64,000 bases of DNA from Mobula hypostoma (GCF_963921235.1 NC_086097.1:176702001-176766000); one strand, 5' to 3'; positions 1 to 13,340 are shown, counted from the stretch's first letter. Notes: generated from the letters alone by a model not told the origin. Translations and numbers: made by a program.

Positions 1-285
1 CACACATTGCCCTGTCTCCCCTCTCTGTTTGGGACTGCTGTCTCTCTGTGAGCCATGTTAGCTGCTTTGTGGGTCACGCATGTTTGTTGTTTTTGTCTTG
101 TACATTCTATTTCTCCTCTTTCTCAGTCTATGAGAGCACCTGTCTTACTCAGTGTGTCTATCTCCAGAAGCAGCCCGTTTTCAGTGGAAGTGTTTGACAG
201 GACAACAGCGGTGCAAATGCAGTAGAAGTTTCCTGTGCAGGTCCAGAGCACAGCTTGAAAAACCCAGTCTCCATAAAAGAGAGGT

Positions 286-1850
286 ACTGCTGAGTGGAGC
301 AGTCATTGTCGGAGTGGTCATCGTGGGAGTGGTCTGAGTCAGACTAATAAGGCTTTGGCAAGAACAGGCGGAGGCGAGGTTAGTAGGTATGTTTATTTCT
401 CATTTCTTTTTTTCCTATTTACTTCTTGAATAAATACGGGGTATGTCTACAGGGCCAGTGTTGTGTTCTGAGTGTTAGATGTGGGATTTCCAGGAGACTT
501 CCAGCCTCCCCAGTGGCCACATCTGCACCAGGTGCACTGAGATGCAGCTCCTCAGAGACAGTGTTAGGGAACTGGAGCTGCAGCTCGATGAAAATGAGGA
601 GGTGATAGACAAGAAGGCATAGGCGGTGGTGTGGCTCTGTTGGCATGGGATGGAATTTAGAGAGAAGTGACATAGGGTCAAAGAACATCGAATCTTTGTG
701 GGAAGAATTAAAAAACTGCAATGATAAAAAAACAGATATGGGAATCATATATTGGTCTCCAAGTAGTAGCCAAGATGTGGAGTTGAGATTGCAAAGGGAG
801 CTGGAAAAGACATGTAACAAGGGTAATGTCACAATTGTAATGGAGAACTTCAATACACAAAGGAATTGGGAAAATTAGGTTGGTGTCAGATCGCAAGAGA
901 TGGAATTTATTGAATGCCAATGAGATGGCTTTTTAGAGAAGCTTGAGCTTGATCCTATTTGGGGAGAGGCTATCTTAGATTCAGTGTTGTGTAATAATCC
1001 AGATTTTATTAGGGAGCTTAAGGTAAAGGAGCCCTTTGGAGCCTGTGATCATAATATGATTGAATTCATACTGCAATATGAGAGGAAGAAGCATAAGTCA
1101 TATTCATCACTATTGCAATGGAATAAATGTAATTAAAGAGGCATGAGAGAGGAGTTTGCCCAGGAGGATTGGAGGGGGACTCTGGCGGGGATGATTGCAG
1201 AGCAGAGGTGGTTGAAGTTTCTGGGAATAGCTCACTAGGTGCAGAATGTAAAAACAAGGAGATAATGCTGAAGCTTTATAAGACACTGGTCAGGCCGCAC
1301 TTGAAGTATTGTCAACAGTTTTGTGCCTCATATCTCAGAAAGGATGTGTTGTCATTGGAGAGAGCCCAGAGAAGGTGCACGAGAATGATTCTGGGAATAA
1401 AGGGATTAACATATGAGGAGCATTTGGCAGCTTTGGGCCTGTACTCACTGGAATTTAGAAGAATGCTGGGGTGTCTCGTTGAAACCTACTGAATGATGAA
1501 AGGACTAGATAGGGTGGATGTGCAGAGGATGTTTCCCATGGTCAAGGTATCCAGAACTAGAGGGCACAACCTCAAAATTGAGGGGTTACCTTTTAGAACA
1601 GAGGTAAGGAGGAATTTTTTTAGCCAGAGAGCAGTGAATCGGTGGAATGCTCGGCCACATGTTGCAATGGAGGCCAAGACCATAGGTATATTTAAAGCAA
1701 AAATTGGTACTTTCCTGATTGACCAAGGCATCAAAGGTTATGGCTAGAAGGCAGCTGTATGGAGTTAAGTGGGACCTGGGATCAGACATGATAGAATGGT
1801 GGAGCGGACTCGAATGGCCTAATTCTGCTTCTATGTTTTACGGTATTATA
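286..1850 (+). mobile_element. CR1 LINE, internally deleted (5' UTR, ORF1 start, endonuclease part, ORF2 C-terminus, 3' tail)
   Basis: ORF1-like start MSTGPVLCSEC near 443; endonuclease-like GGGVAL and IVMENFN; ORF2 end LYKTLVRPHL...TRGHNLKI...FFSQRAVN; many stops and frameshifts. Confidence 0.9.
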
Positions 1851-2347
1851 GTACATTCGTTGTTTGGGCAGACCCAGAAACCTACAGGAAGCTGCACCAC
1901 CTCAATCTCAGATACCTGGGGCTAACTTCTCTCTGTCCTCATTGTTTCATCTCTTGCACTGGTAATGTAACTCACCTCTCCACTCATGGGCAAGGGTAGA
2001 TCAGTTATCGATATCGACGACCCGTGTCCATGGACGTTTCAGATTACCACCCCCCAAATAAACCTCTTGTGTACATCCGTAGATGACCACCATTGGCAAT
2101 AGAGGCTGTTGTGTATGCCTGATCACACTGGCTCTATAATCTGGTCAGCCGTCAAATCAGAAAGAAAGCGCACAGCTGTGGATTCGGCCTGCTTTTGGGA
2201 ATGATACTCACACATTGCCCTCTCTCCATGCCTCCAGCCGTGGCCTGAGAAGCTGCAGCTGTAATAAATCATCTTCTTTGCCTTCCCACATCTATTCTGG
2301 CATTTCCTTGCTCAGGGCCCTGGCTGCTGGCACAGAAAGCAAGGTCT

Positions 2348-2361
2348 CTGTGACGTCACAG
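2348..2361. promoter_or_regulatory. Perfect 14-bp palindrome containing a CRE motif (TGACGTCA)
   Basis: ctgtgacgtcacag in non-repeat sequence; function not shown. Confidence 0.3.
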
Positions 2362-3324
2362 CACCACATCCACTGCAGCCACTTTACGACTCCTCTTCCC
2401 TTTCATCAGCCCATGATACTATCACAGAATGGGTCGATCCCACCTCCATCTGCATATCTAAAACTTCCTGGTGAGCTGAGCTCAGGCCTTCCTCCAGCAT
2501 TTTCAGGAAGACTAGGCCATCCCTCCCTGGATTATCCAACCCTCAATACTCCTTTGATGCTCAATATTTGCGTTCTTCACAATCCATGGCTGGCTCATCA
2601 ACTCCTTCAATCACTGCTATTATCACTCCCCAGTTACTCTCATTTCCCCTTTAAAGAAATAATATCTCTCTTCAGTGTTGGCATTCCCTGTAGTTGCTCA
2701 CGCACCATACTGTCCCACTTATTCCTTGGGCACTTCACTTTTACCAGCACATGTATATATTTGGGGTGCTGCTGATGAATTTCAATCATTTCCTTGAGCT
2801 TGCACTAGAACTCTGCATTCCCACAGGCGACTCCGGCAAAATGCTATGCTTCTCCCCAGGGTGGAAGGGCTTATGGATGGTCATAATCAAGGTTAAAGGC
2901 AGCCTCAGGTCATCTGGGTTCTTGACCTGATGTTGCTTAACCTCAATTGGTGTCATCCTAACAAATTTATCTACGTATAACCTTTCCTCAAATAGCTCTA
3001 CATTAGTTCTCATACTATGCAAAACATAAAATTAAATTAAACAGTACATATTTAAAACCACCGCGAATGTATTTTGCAACCTGCCACCTGTGAGCATCAG
3101 AATGCATAATGCCCTTGTATTCCTTTACATTTAAAACTGTTACACCAAGGTTACAGACTTATTCTTAAAACACACAAGCACATTCGCAACAAGTCTGCTC
3201 CTATATAGTTTCTGTAAGCGAGTATACACACACCCATTGGCATCCCAAATGGACAGTAACCACCCTTCTCTACTGGTGGCACCATCTCACCAAATTAACA
3301 CAAAAATGTCTAGTTACTCATATA

Positions 3325-3366
3325 AACACAGACACACAGACACACAGACACAGACACACACAACAC
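3325..3366. repeat. CA/GACACACA microsatellite
   Basis: acacagacacacagacacacagacacagacacaca. Confidence 0.9.
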
Positions 3367-3526
3367 AATTTTTATAAGTGGCAGTTCAGCTCGCCACTGT
3401 GTTCATGATACTTTGTGATCCTGTCGTCACTGATCTGAAGAGATCTGAGTGTGGTTACTAATATTAAAACAAATAGTCACCCACTAGACTGCTGGGATCG
3501 CTGACCACACAATGGGATGCAGACGT

Positions 3527-3850
3527 ATCCCGGATGAACCCCAAAATGGTGTGACAGTTAACAAAGTCACCGGAGAGCTACTGAAGCTGGTGGATGTAGA
3601 CGTTTTTATCAAAATGAGCAGCAGGCATTATATTTGAGACATTCTTGGAAGAAGAGACCTGTTTGACCCAATATTACATGACATTTTTATATGCTAATGA
3701 TCAAAAAGTAACAGCAGGACAATTCTATAGATAGTGTTTCCTTTGAATTACACACAATTTTCAAACATCTTCATTTTCACACCCACACTCTGCACACCAA
3801 AAATGAATGTTAATTCCTAATGATTCCGGTCCGCATTCATGTATATGCCG
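3527..3850 (-). mobile_element. Probable LTR remnant with tRNA-Pro-like primer binding site
   Basis: Minus strand 3543-3527 reads TGGGGTTCATCCGGGAT, close to the tRNA-Pro PBS TGGGGGCTCGTCCGGGAT, next to a TG-starting segment; far boundary uncertain. Confidence 0.4.
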
Positions 3851-4024
3851 GCATCTGAGGTTAGATGGACTGTTTCTTTGCTTGCAGTTAACCCCAAAAT
3901 GCAACTCCAGGATGACCATTGTTCAGAGCTGCATTTTAAATTCAATGTACAATTCATAATCAGGTCTGAAGATTTGCTGCTGTTGAAATTAGTATTTTCT
4001 ATATACCATAACTCCAGAATACAT

Positions 4025-5870
4025 ACGAACAAGAATACCAAAATTTTCTTCAAATGTATAAAGAGTAAAAGAGAGGTGAGAGTGGATATCAGACCACCGG
4101 AAAATGATGCTGGAGAGGTAGTAATGGGGGACAAGGAAATGGTGGATGAACTGAATAGGTATTTTTCATTGGTCTTCACTGTGAAAGGCACTGGCAGTGT
4201 GCTGGAAGTTGCTATTGCTAGGGAGAAAGTGCTTGGAAAACTGAAAGATGTGAAGGTAGATAAGTCACCTGGACCAGATTGTCTACACCCCAGGGTTCTG
4301 AAAGAGATGGCTGAAGAAATTGTGAAACATTAATAATAGTTTCAACAGATTCTGGCAGGGTTTTGGAGGACTGGAAAACTGCAAATGTCACTCCATTCAA
4401 GAAGAGAAAGAGGCAGAAGAAAGGAGATTATAGGCTAGTTAGTGGTTGGGAAGATATTGGAGTCAATCGTTAAGGATGTGGCTTTGGGGTACGGAGGCAC
4501 ATGATAAAATAGGCTGGTTAGCATGGTTTCCTTAAGAGAAAATCTTGTCTGACAGATCTGTTGGAATTCATTGAAGAAATTGCCAACAGGATAGACAAAG
4601 GGGAATCAGTGGATATTATGCACTTGGATTTTCAGAAGGCCTTTGACAAGGTTTTACAGGAAAGCTACTAGCATGGTTAAAGCATTGGCTGATTAGCAGG
4701 AGGCAAAGAGTAGAAATAAAGGGAGCCTTTTCTGTCTGGCTGCCAGTGACTAGTGGCATTCTGCAGGGATCTGTGTTGGGACCAGCCCTTTTTACATTAT
4801 ATGTCCATGATACGGATGATGGAATTGATGGCTTTTTGGCTAAGTTTGTAGATGATACAAAGATAGATGGAAGAGCAGGTAGCAGTGAGGAAGCAGAATG
4901 GGCAAAGATATGGCAGATAGAATACAATGTCTTGAAATGTATGGTCATGCTCTTTGGTAGAGGAAATGAAAGCACAGAGTATTTTCTAAATGGAGAGAAA
5001 ATTCAAAAATCTGAGCTGCAAAGGGATTTGGCAGTCCTCATGCAGTATTCCCAAAAGGTTAATTTGCAGGTTGAGTTGGTGGTGAGGAAGGCAAATGCCT
5101 CCAGAAAGTGTCCACAGCAGGGGTGATTGATAAGTTTGTGGCCTGCGGTAGAAGGAGTTGAGTTATACAGCTCTCGTTACATGCACATGCAGTTCAACTC
5201 TTTGAGTGATTATGCAGAAAGCTTGAAGTTAGTAACTCATCTCCTTCTACCTTAGGCCACAAACTTATCAATCACACCTGCTGTGGACACTTTCTGGAGG
5301 ACCAAGATCCGTATGCTCCACAGCCGCTGGACTAAGTGTGTAAATGTAGGAGGGGACTATGTTGAAAAATAAATGTGTTAGGTTTTATAAAATTGACTCT
5401 TTCTACCTTAGGCCACAAACTTATCAATCACCTCTCATAAAAGGAGTATTTGATAGCTATGGGTCCATACGCACTGGAATTCAGAAAAATGAGGGGGGAG
5501 TTCAAAGAAACCTATCAGATGTTGAAAGGCATTGATAGAGTGGATGTGGAGAGAATGTTTTCTATAGTGGGGAAGTCTGAGACCAGAGGACACAGCCTCA
5601 GAATAGAGGAATGTCCCTTTTGAATGGAAATGAGGAGGAATTTCTGTAGCAAGAGAGTGGTGAAACTGTGGAATTCATTGCCACATGCGGCTGTGGAGGC
5701 CAAGTCTTTGAGTATATTTAAGCAGACATTTGATTAGTTAGGGCATGAAAGGTTACGGGGAGAAGGCAGGAGACTGGAGCTGAAAGAGAAGTGGATCAGC
5801 TGTGATAAAATGGTAGAGCAGACTCAATGAGCCCAATGGCCTAATTCTGCTCCTTTATCTTATGGTCTTA
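4025..5870 (+). mobile_element. CR1 LINE ORF2 (RT) 3' part, degenerate, interrupted by a mariner relic
   Basis: KVDKSPGPDCLHPRVLKE, SGILQGSVLGP, AKFVDDTK; CR1 3' tail ttatcttatggtctta. Confidence 0.92.
5098..5439 (+). mobile_element. Non-autonomous Tc1/mariner derivative with internal inverted repeat
   Basis: Encodes mariner transposase C-terminus RWTKCVNVGGDYVEK*; TIR-like ggtgattgataagtttgtggcct present three times; right end finishes at TA. Confidence 0.85.
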
Positions 5871-6489
5871 CCATCTAAACATTTCTAAGATAATGCAGGG
5901 AAACTGAGACTGATTAGGTAAAGCCTTAGTGAATTGAATGGTCTCAAAATTGAGCCTAAAACTTTGGTTGCAGTGGCATTTTATCTCTCAGTTTTTTTTG
6001 TTCTAAGCAACATTTCTCTCTGGCTGGATTGCCCAGGATTCCATTCTGCACAGTAGGACTGTTTTTAATAGCAGCGCTAGGAGCCTCCACAAAAAGGTCA
6101 CGCTATTGAGAAAATACTTGGCCTCATTCCCGCAGCCAGACAGCTAAAGACTGTGCATGTGCTGCCAAAAGACTTCAGCGCCAACTTTTATTTGGCTGTC
6201 TTGGCAGTACGAAGCCTGGTTGTCAAGAATGCATGACACATCAAAGTAAAAAGTAATAAATTCATGGGCCCATTAAAAACTATACCAATGGACAGCTTGA
6301 ACCTCATTAAAACTCTCAAACATGTCTCTCAAATTCAGTTTAATAGCTGCCTTATTGTTCCCATGCCAATGCATAGATTGTTTAGATCTGGAACAAAGGC
6401 AAATGTATCCTTCCCAAAGAAACAAACTTCTGAAAAGTGTGTGTGATTTGTTTCCACATAGATAAGGGTTTTCCTAAACTTTAGGGAAT

Positions 6490-6790
6490 TATGCACTTTG
6501 ACTCTCAAATCCCTTTGTGAATCCATTTCTGAATTCACTTCTCATTTAAAACTAGCGTACACTTGTATTACTTGTACCAGAGTGCATGACCATACACTTC
6601 CCTGAAATGTATTCCGTTTGCCACTTGTTTGCTCATTGCCATAATTTGTCCAAGTCCTTCTGCTGACTTCCTGCTTCTTTAACATGACCTGTCCCTCCAC
6701 CTATCCTTACATCTTCCACAAACCTAGCCACAAAGCCATCAATTCTGTCATCCAGATCATTAACATATAATGTGAAATGTAATAGTCCAT
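6490..6790 (-). mobile_element. CR1 RT fragment
   Basis: FTLYVNDLDDRIDGFVARFVEDVRIGG. Confidence 0.85.
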
Positions 6791-6906
6791 ACAGCAACTT
6801 CATGTTCAAGATCAAGTTCAAGTTTATTGTCATCTTACTGTGCATATTGTATATACAACCAAAAGAACAACATTCCTTCAGATGATGGGGCTCCCAACAA
6901 TCATAT

Positions 6907-7236
6907 TGTGGTGAATGTTTGGTCCATGATGACAGATGAGAAAGCTCGTTTAACTCAACAACTATTTTTATCGTAACAAGCACAAAAACAGACCAGGCAC
7001 TATGACCCAGGGAGAGGACCCGTTCAGTCACATACAGATGGGGGAGGTAATGATCACACACCCTGTTTACATTCAGGATGACCCACACAAGCAAATAACA
7101 CAAACTTAAATGTAACAATAAATGAACTTGAACTTCCCACCATAATCCCACAAGAGCATTTTAACACGAGAAGAATAAATAGCACTGGTTATTAGGAAGG
7201 CTGGCGTGATCTATCGACCACATTCCCCCCACCACA
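6907..7236. mobile_element. Solo-LTR-like insertion
   Basis: Ends TGTGGTG...CACCACA (7-bp inverted termini); interrupts the LINE 3' UTR; no clean TSD. Confidence 0.55.
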
Positions 7237-7894
7237 GCATCACCCTATATCACACACAGTACATAAAATAAATATTACCATAAATAGGTTAATAAATGAT
7301 AATTAAAATGCATGTAGCACACAGCAAAGGTAGACAGTAAACAGTTTGGTGTCATAGTGACGAGATCTCGGTGGTGGCAGGTATTCATTAGTCTCACAGC
7401 CTGAAGGAAGAAGCGGTTACCCAGTCTGGCAGTCCTAGACTTGCTGCTCCTGTACCTCCTTCCTGATAGTAGTAGGTCGAAAGGATTTTGGGATGTTTGG
7501 TAGGGATACTCAACAGTGCTTTGGAGCCTTTGTTTACAACGCTCCTGATAAATGTTACAAATAGAGGGAGGGAGACCCTATTGATCCTTTTGGTGGTTTT
7601 CACTGTTCGTTGTAGGGTCTTGCGGTCCGATGCCTTGCAGCTTCCATACCACACACAGGTGCAACCAGGCAGGACATTTTTGATGGTGCTCCTGTAGAAA
7701 GATGTTAGAATGGGAGTCTTGCATGCCTCAATGCCCATAGAAAGTGTGGATGCTGCTGTGCCTTCTTGACTAATGAGGAACTGTTGTGGGTCCCAAGTTT
7801 TGTGCAAACTAAGGAACTTTGTGCTCTCCATAGCAGTCCCATTGATGTGCAATGGTGAGTGCACATCCTGCATCTTCCTGAAGTCTCTCCCTGC

Positions 7895-8245
7895 TAATAC
7901 ATTGCCTATCCAACAGCAAAACTCAGGTAGTGCCTCCCCTCTGGCAACGCACGGAAACTGAACTCCTTTCGAACTCAGGCTGAACTGTAGAAGGTGAGAA
8001 GGAGGTCTGTCTTCTGCACACTGAGCATGCAGGTCCACCAGCATGTGGACATATCCTGGTGCTCATGAACCAGATCTCCTGCTATGGGTAAAAGGCCCTA
8101 CTGCTTTAAGGGCAGCCTCGGGAGGGACGAAGGCTGACAGGAGCACAAACTTTCTGCCCAAGTTTGTGCTCAGGAGAGGTCACGCCAGTGCCACTTTTCC
8201 ATTGCCTTTTGAGATAAATGGATACCATCACCATCATCATCATCA
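7895..8245 (+). mobile_element. Short non-autonomous retroposon with (CAT)n tail (RTE/Vingi-type SINE)
   Basis: Tail accatcaccatcatcatcatca; 3' motif tttctgcccaagtttgtgctcaggagagg resembles the element at 15203-15778. Confidence 0.5.
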
Positions 8246-8254
8246 AAAGGTGAG

Positions 8255-8886
8255 AGGAGAAGATAGCATCACGCTGTGCGTGCGCAGCTCTCCGGTAAAA
8301 ATGATATTGTATCTGTTAAATAGGAACCATGGACAATTCTGATTTGATGGAGACAGACATGAAAGCACAAAAGAACATCTGGAGAAATTTCTGAAATGCT
8401 GGTTCGCTGCCGCTGTTACTGGGCGATCAAGAATCTTCTGGAGGGAAGGCCCCAAAATCCTTGGCTTTGCCTGCTACTGGCGACCGAGATTGAGGTCAAA
8501 TCATTCGGATAGAGATGGTGCTCGGTACTTGGTGTCGGAGGGCTGATCAGAGCTCGAAGTTTTCGGACGACTCAGAGTCGGACTGTGGTCGGGCATGGCA
8601 GGGAGAGTTTTCTTCCTTCTCCCGTCTGCGTGAGATGAGGGACATTCGAAGTGGCTTTGAACTTTTTACTGTGCTCATGGACTGTTCTTCATCAAGTTAT
8701 GGTATTGTTGCACTGTTGTAACTATATGTTATAATTATGTGGTTTTGTTAGTTTTTTCAGTCTTGGTCTGTCCTGTGTTTTGTGATATCACACCGGAGGA
8801 ATAGTGTATCATTTCATAATGCATGCATTACTAAATGACAATAAAAGAGGACGTGTCCTCATAATCTAATCTAATCTAATCTAATA
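8255..8886 (+). mobile_element. Non-coding retroposon with (AATCT)n tail
   Basis: CpG-rich 5' part, aataaa signal, tail aatctaatctaatctaatctaat; no ORF. Confidence 0.6.
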
Positions 8887-9409
8887 ATATGTGTAAGAGT
8901 TCCTAATGGCACAGGACAGCATAACTCTTGTTCATCTTAGCGTCGTCCTGTCCCCCAACCTGAAGACAACACCCCAATCCCTAAGTAGTGCACGAACCTC
9001 TGCAGTCAGCCATAGTTTCTGGCTTGCTTTGGCAGTGTAGAGTTTAATCACGGTGATATCCTCAATGCAGTTTCCTGTGTAGACGGTCATCGATCCCGCA
9101 TATTCATCATTGTTGGCGTGATGATCATAGGTACTCACCTCCCTGAATATGCTCCAGTCTGTGCTTGTGAAACAGTCCTGCAGCGGTGAGGTGGTACTTT
9201 CTGGCCAGGTTCTGATCTCCCTGTAAACCAGTTTGACTCATTTAATCTGTGGTCCATTTGCAGGGATTCATAAAGTGGACATGTGGTCTGAGTATGCGAG
9301 GTGAGGACGTGGGAGGTGGGAGGTGGGGAAGCCATGTAGGCTCCACAAACGTTGGTATAAACCAGATCTAATATGTTCTCTCCTTTGTTTGCGAAGCTGA
9401 CGTGCTGGT

Positions 9410-9880
9410 GGACAGGCGCTGAACAGCACCAGTCACCATCAGCCAACCAGGAAAGAGCCCCTTTCTCCCCTCTCTTTGCCTTCTGCCAGTCAGCCAATCT
9501 TCTGTCCACGCTAGAATCTTTCTTGTAAAACGATGGACTCTTACCTTGTTAAACAGCCTCATGTGTGGCACCTTGACAAAGGCCTTCTAAAAATCCAGGT
9601 AAGCAACATCTACTGACTCTCCTCTGTCTATCCTGCCACTTATTTTCTTAAAGAATGCTAACAGTTTGTCAGGCAAGATTTCCCCTTAAGGAAGCCATGC
9701 TGACTTCAGACTTCTTTATCATGTGCCTCCAAGTATCCCGAAACCTCATCCTTAATAATGAACTCCAACATTTTAACAATCACGGAGGTCAGGCTAACTG
9801 GCCTATAATTTCCTGTCTTTTACCTTCCTCCATTCTTAAAGAGTAGAGTGATATTTGTAATTTTTCAGTCCTCTGGAATC
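9410..9880 (-). mobile_element. CR1 RT fragment
   Basis: PHMRLFNKVRVH...ILAWTEDWLTGRRQR. Confidence 0.85.
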
Positions 9881-11871
9881 ACAAAATGTCACACAGCGCT
9901 CAGAGATGAAAGATTGGAGGGTTCACCTACTGAAGCAATATGGGTGGAAATGAAGAATATAAAACTGGTGACCATGTTAATGGTATTATATTATAAGACC
10001 ATGAGACCATAAGTCGTAGCAGCAGAATTAGGCCACTTGGCCCATTGAGTCTGCTCCACTATTCAATTATCCCTGATCCTTTTACCCCTCCTCAGCCCCA
10101 CTCCCCAGCCCTCTCCCCATAACCTTTGATGCAGTGTCCAACAAGATCCTATCAATCTCTGCCTTAAGTACACCCTACAACCTGGCCTCCACAGCTGTCT
10201 GTGGTAATAAGTTCCTCAAATTCACCAGTCTCTGGCAAAACAAATTTCTCCGCAAACCTGTTTTAAATGGACACCCCTCTATCTTGAGGCTGTGCTCTCT
10301 TGTCCTAGTCTCTCCCACCATGGGAAACATCCTTTCCACATCTACTCTATCTAGGCCTTTCAACATTCGAAAGGTTTCAGTAAGACCCCCTTCATCTTTC
10401 TAACTTCCAGCAAATACAGACCCAGAGACATCAAACGGTCCTCATATAATAACCATTTCATTCCCGGAATCATCCTTGTGAACTGCCTCTGGGCCCTCTC
10501 CAATGCCAGCACAACTTTTTCTAGATGAGGAGCCCAGACCTGATCACAATACTCAAGGAGAAGCCTTCACCAGTGCCTTATAAAGCCTCAGCATCACATC
10601 CCTGCCCTTGTAGTCAAGACCTCTTGAAATGAATGCTAACATTGCATTTGCCTTCCTCACCACTGACTCAACCTGCAAGTTAACCTTTAGAGTGTTCTGC
10701 ACAAGGACTCCCAAATCCCTTTGCATCTCAGATTTCTGGATTTTTCTTCATTTTAGAAAATAGTCTGCTCATTTATTTCTACTACTAAAATGCATGACCA
10801 TGCATTTTCTAACATTATGTTTCATTTGCCATTTTCTTGCCCATTCTCCTAATCTGTCCAAGTCCTTCTGCAGCCTACCTGTTTCCTCAACACTACCTGC
10901 CCCTCCACCATCTTGTATCATCTACAAATTTGGTAACAAAGCCATCTGTTCCATCATCAAAATCATTGATATACAGAATAAAAAGCAGCGGTCCCAACAC
11001 CAACCCCTGCGGAACACCATTAGTCACTGGCAGCCAACCAGACAAGGATACTTTTATTTCCATTCACTGTCTCCTACAAATCAGCCAATGCTTAAACCAT
11101 GTTAGTAACTTTCCTGTAATACCATGGGCTCTTAATTTGGAATCGCCTCATGTGTAGCACCTTGTCAAAGCCCTCTGAAAATCTAAATATACAACATCTA
11201 CTACATCCCCTTTATCTATCCAAATGTAATCCCCTCAAAGAATTCCAACAGGTTCATTTAGGCAATATTGTCCCTTAAGGAAACCATGATGAATTTGTCC
11301 TATCTTGTACTGTGTCACCAAGTACTCCATATCCTCATCCTTAACAAATGACTCCAACATCTTCCCAACCACTGAGGTCAGGCTAACTGGTCTATAATTT
11401 CCTTTCTGTTGCCTTCCTCTTTTCTTAAAGAGTAGAATGTCATTTGCAATTTTCCAGTCCTCTGGCACCATGCCAGAGTCCAATGCTTTTTGCGAGATCA
11501 TTGCTAGTGCCTCCACAAACTCTACCACTACCTCTTTCAGAACCCTAGGGTGCAGTTCACCTGGTCTGGTTGACTTATATACGTGCCCTTCAACACCTGG
11601 CACACTGCTACTGTCTTCCACAGAATGATGAAAAATACTCACTTAGTTCATCTGCCACCTCCTTGTGCTCCACTATTATTTCTCCGGTCTCATTTTCTAG
11701 CAGTCTTATATCCACTCTCATCTCTCTTGTTTTTTACATAATTGCAAAAGCTTTTACTATCCACTTTGATATTGTATGCTAGCTTGCTTTCATATTGCAC
11801 CTTTTCCCTTCTAATGATTCTTTTAGTTGCTCTCTAGGGTTTTAAAAGCTCCCCAATGCCTTATCTTCCCA

Positions 11872-11986
11872 GCAACTTTGATGTGTGTTGCTTGAATTTC
11901 CAGCATCTGCAGAATTCCTGTCGACTGTACCTCTTCCTAGAGATGCTGCCTGGCCTGCTGAGTTCACCAGCAACTTTGATGTGTGT
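11872..11986 (+). mobile_element. Short Penelope terminal-repeat insertion, circularly permuted
   Basis: 15-bp direct repeat tgccttatcttccca at 11857-11871 and 11987-12001; terminal redundancy ccagcaactttgatgtgtgttg. Confidence 0.85.
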
Positions 11987-13149
11987 TGCCTTATCTTCCC
12001 ACTACTTCTTGCTTTGTTGTATGCCCTCTCTTTTGTTTTTACATTAGCTTTGACTTCTCTTGTCAGCCACAGTTGTACTATTTTGCCTTGTGAATATTTC
12101 TTCATTTTTGGAATACATCTGTCCTGCACCTTCCTCATTTTGCCCAGAAACTCAAGCCATTGCTGCTCTGCTCTCATTCCTGCCAGCAGCTCCTTCCAAG
12201 TTACTTTGGCCAACTCCTTTCTCATACCACTGTAATTTCCTTTGCTCCACAGAAATACTGCTACGTCAGACTTCAGTTTCTCCCTTTCAAATTCCAAGTT
12301 GAACTCAATCATATTGTTACCACTGGCTCCTAAAGGCTCTTTTACCTTAAAGTCCGTAATCGCCTCTGGTTCATTACATGGCACCCAATCCCATATAGCT
12401 GATCCCCTAGTAGGCTCAACAACAAACTGCTCTAAAAAACCATCTTGTAGGCATTCAACAAACTCACACTCTTGAGATCCATTACCAACCTGATTTTCCC
12501 AATCAAGTTGCTGTTAAAATCTCCAATGACTGTCATAACATTGCCCTTATGATGTGCCTTTTCTATTTCCTGTTGTAAGCTGTGGTACACAGCCTAGTTA
12601 CTCCTGGGAGGCCTGTATGTATCTGCCATCAGGGCCCTTTTACCCTTGCAGCTTCTTAACTCAACCCGTAAGGGTTCAATATCTTCCGATCCTATGTCAC
12701 ATCTTTCTACTGATTTGATGCCAGTCTTTACTAGCAGAGCCACGCCACCCCCTCTGCCTACCATCCTACCCTCCGACTCAATGTGTAACCTTGGACATTC
12801 AGCTCCCAGCTACAACCATCCATCAGCCATGATTCAGTAATGGTCACAACATCATACCTGACAATCTGTAATAGTGCAACAAGATCATCCACCTTATTCC
12901 TTATACTCCCTGCACTGAGATGTAACACTTCGAATGCTGTATTTCCTACCCTTCCTGATTCTGCATTCCTAAAGCACTGATACTCAACCTGCTGGCTGCA
13001 AATTAGTCCTATCATCTGGTGCCCTTCCTGACAGTCTGAATGCATGTTATCTTTGTTTTTTATAACTATCTGTCCTATCCTGGTTCCCGCCTCACTGCCA
13101 AATTATTTTAAACCCTCCCCAACAACTCTAACAAACCTGCCCATGAGAA

Positions 13150-13340
13150 CACACATCAAAGTTGCTGGTGAACACAGCAGGCCAGGCAACATCTCTAGAA
13201 AGAGGTACGGTCAACGTTTCAGGCCAAGACCCGAAGGGTCGACTGTACCTCTTCCTAGAGATCCTGCCTGGCCTGCTGCGTTCACCAGCAACTTTGATGT
13301 GTGTTGCTTGAATTTCCAGCATCTGCAGAATTCCTGTTGT
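13150..13340. mobile_element. Short Penelope terminal-repeat insertion, fold-back
   Basis: 13-bp TSD ctgcccatgagaa (13137-13149, 13341-13353); arms of about 65 bp are reverse complements. Confidence 0.85.

Larger units (their letters stand above)
6800..9410 (-). mobile_element. Rex1/Babar-type LINE, fragmented by nested insertions
   Basis: C-terminal SFYRSTIKNVLPGCTCVWYGSCKASDRKTLQRTV (DUF1891-type); endonuclease-region HQHVSFANKGENILDLVYTN; 3' tail (caagtttattgtc on plus strand). Confidence 0.8.

Noticed and set aside
1..60. V(D)J recombination signal (cacagag... on the minus strand)
   Set aside because: No acceptable nonamer at 12 or 23 bp and no Ig/TCR segment nearby.
2215..3022. ORFs 2215-2775 (+) and 2786-3022 (-) as genes
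   Set aside because: No recognisable domain; may be decayed internal sequence downstream of the putative PBS at 3527.
8225..8245. Poly-His run as a synthetic tag or contamination
   Set aside because: It is the (CAT)n tail of a retroposon.
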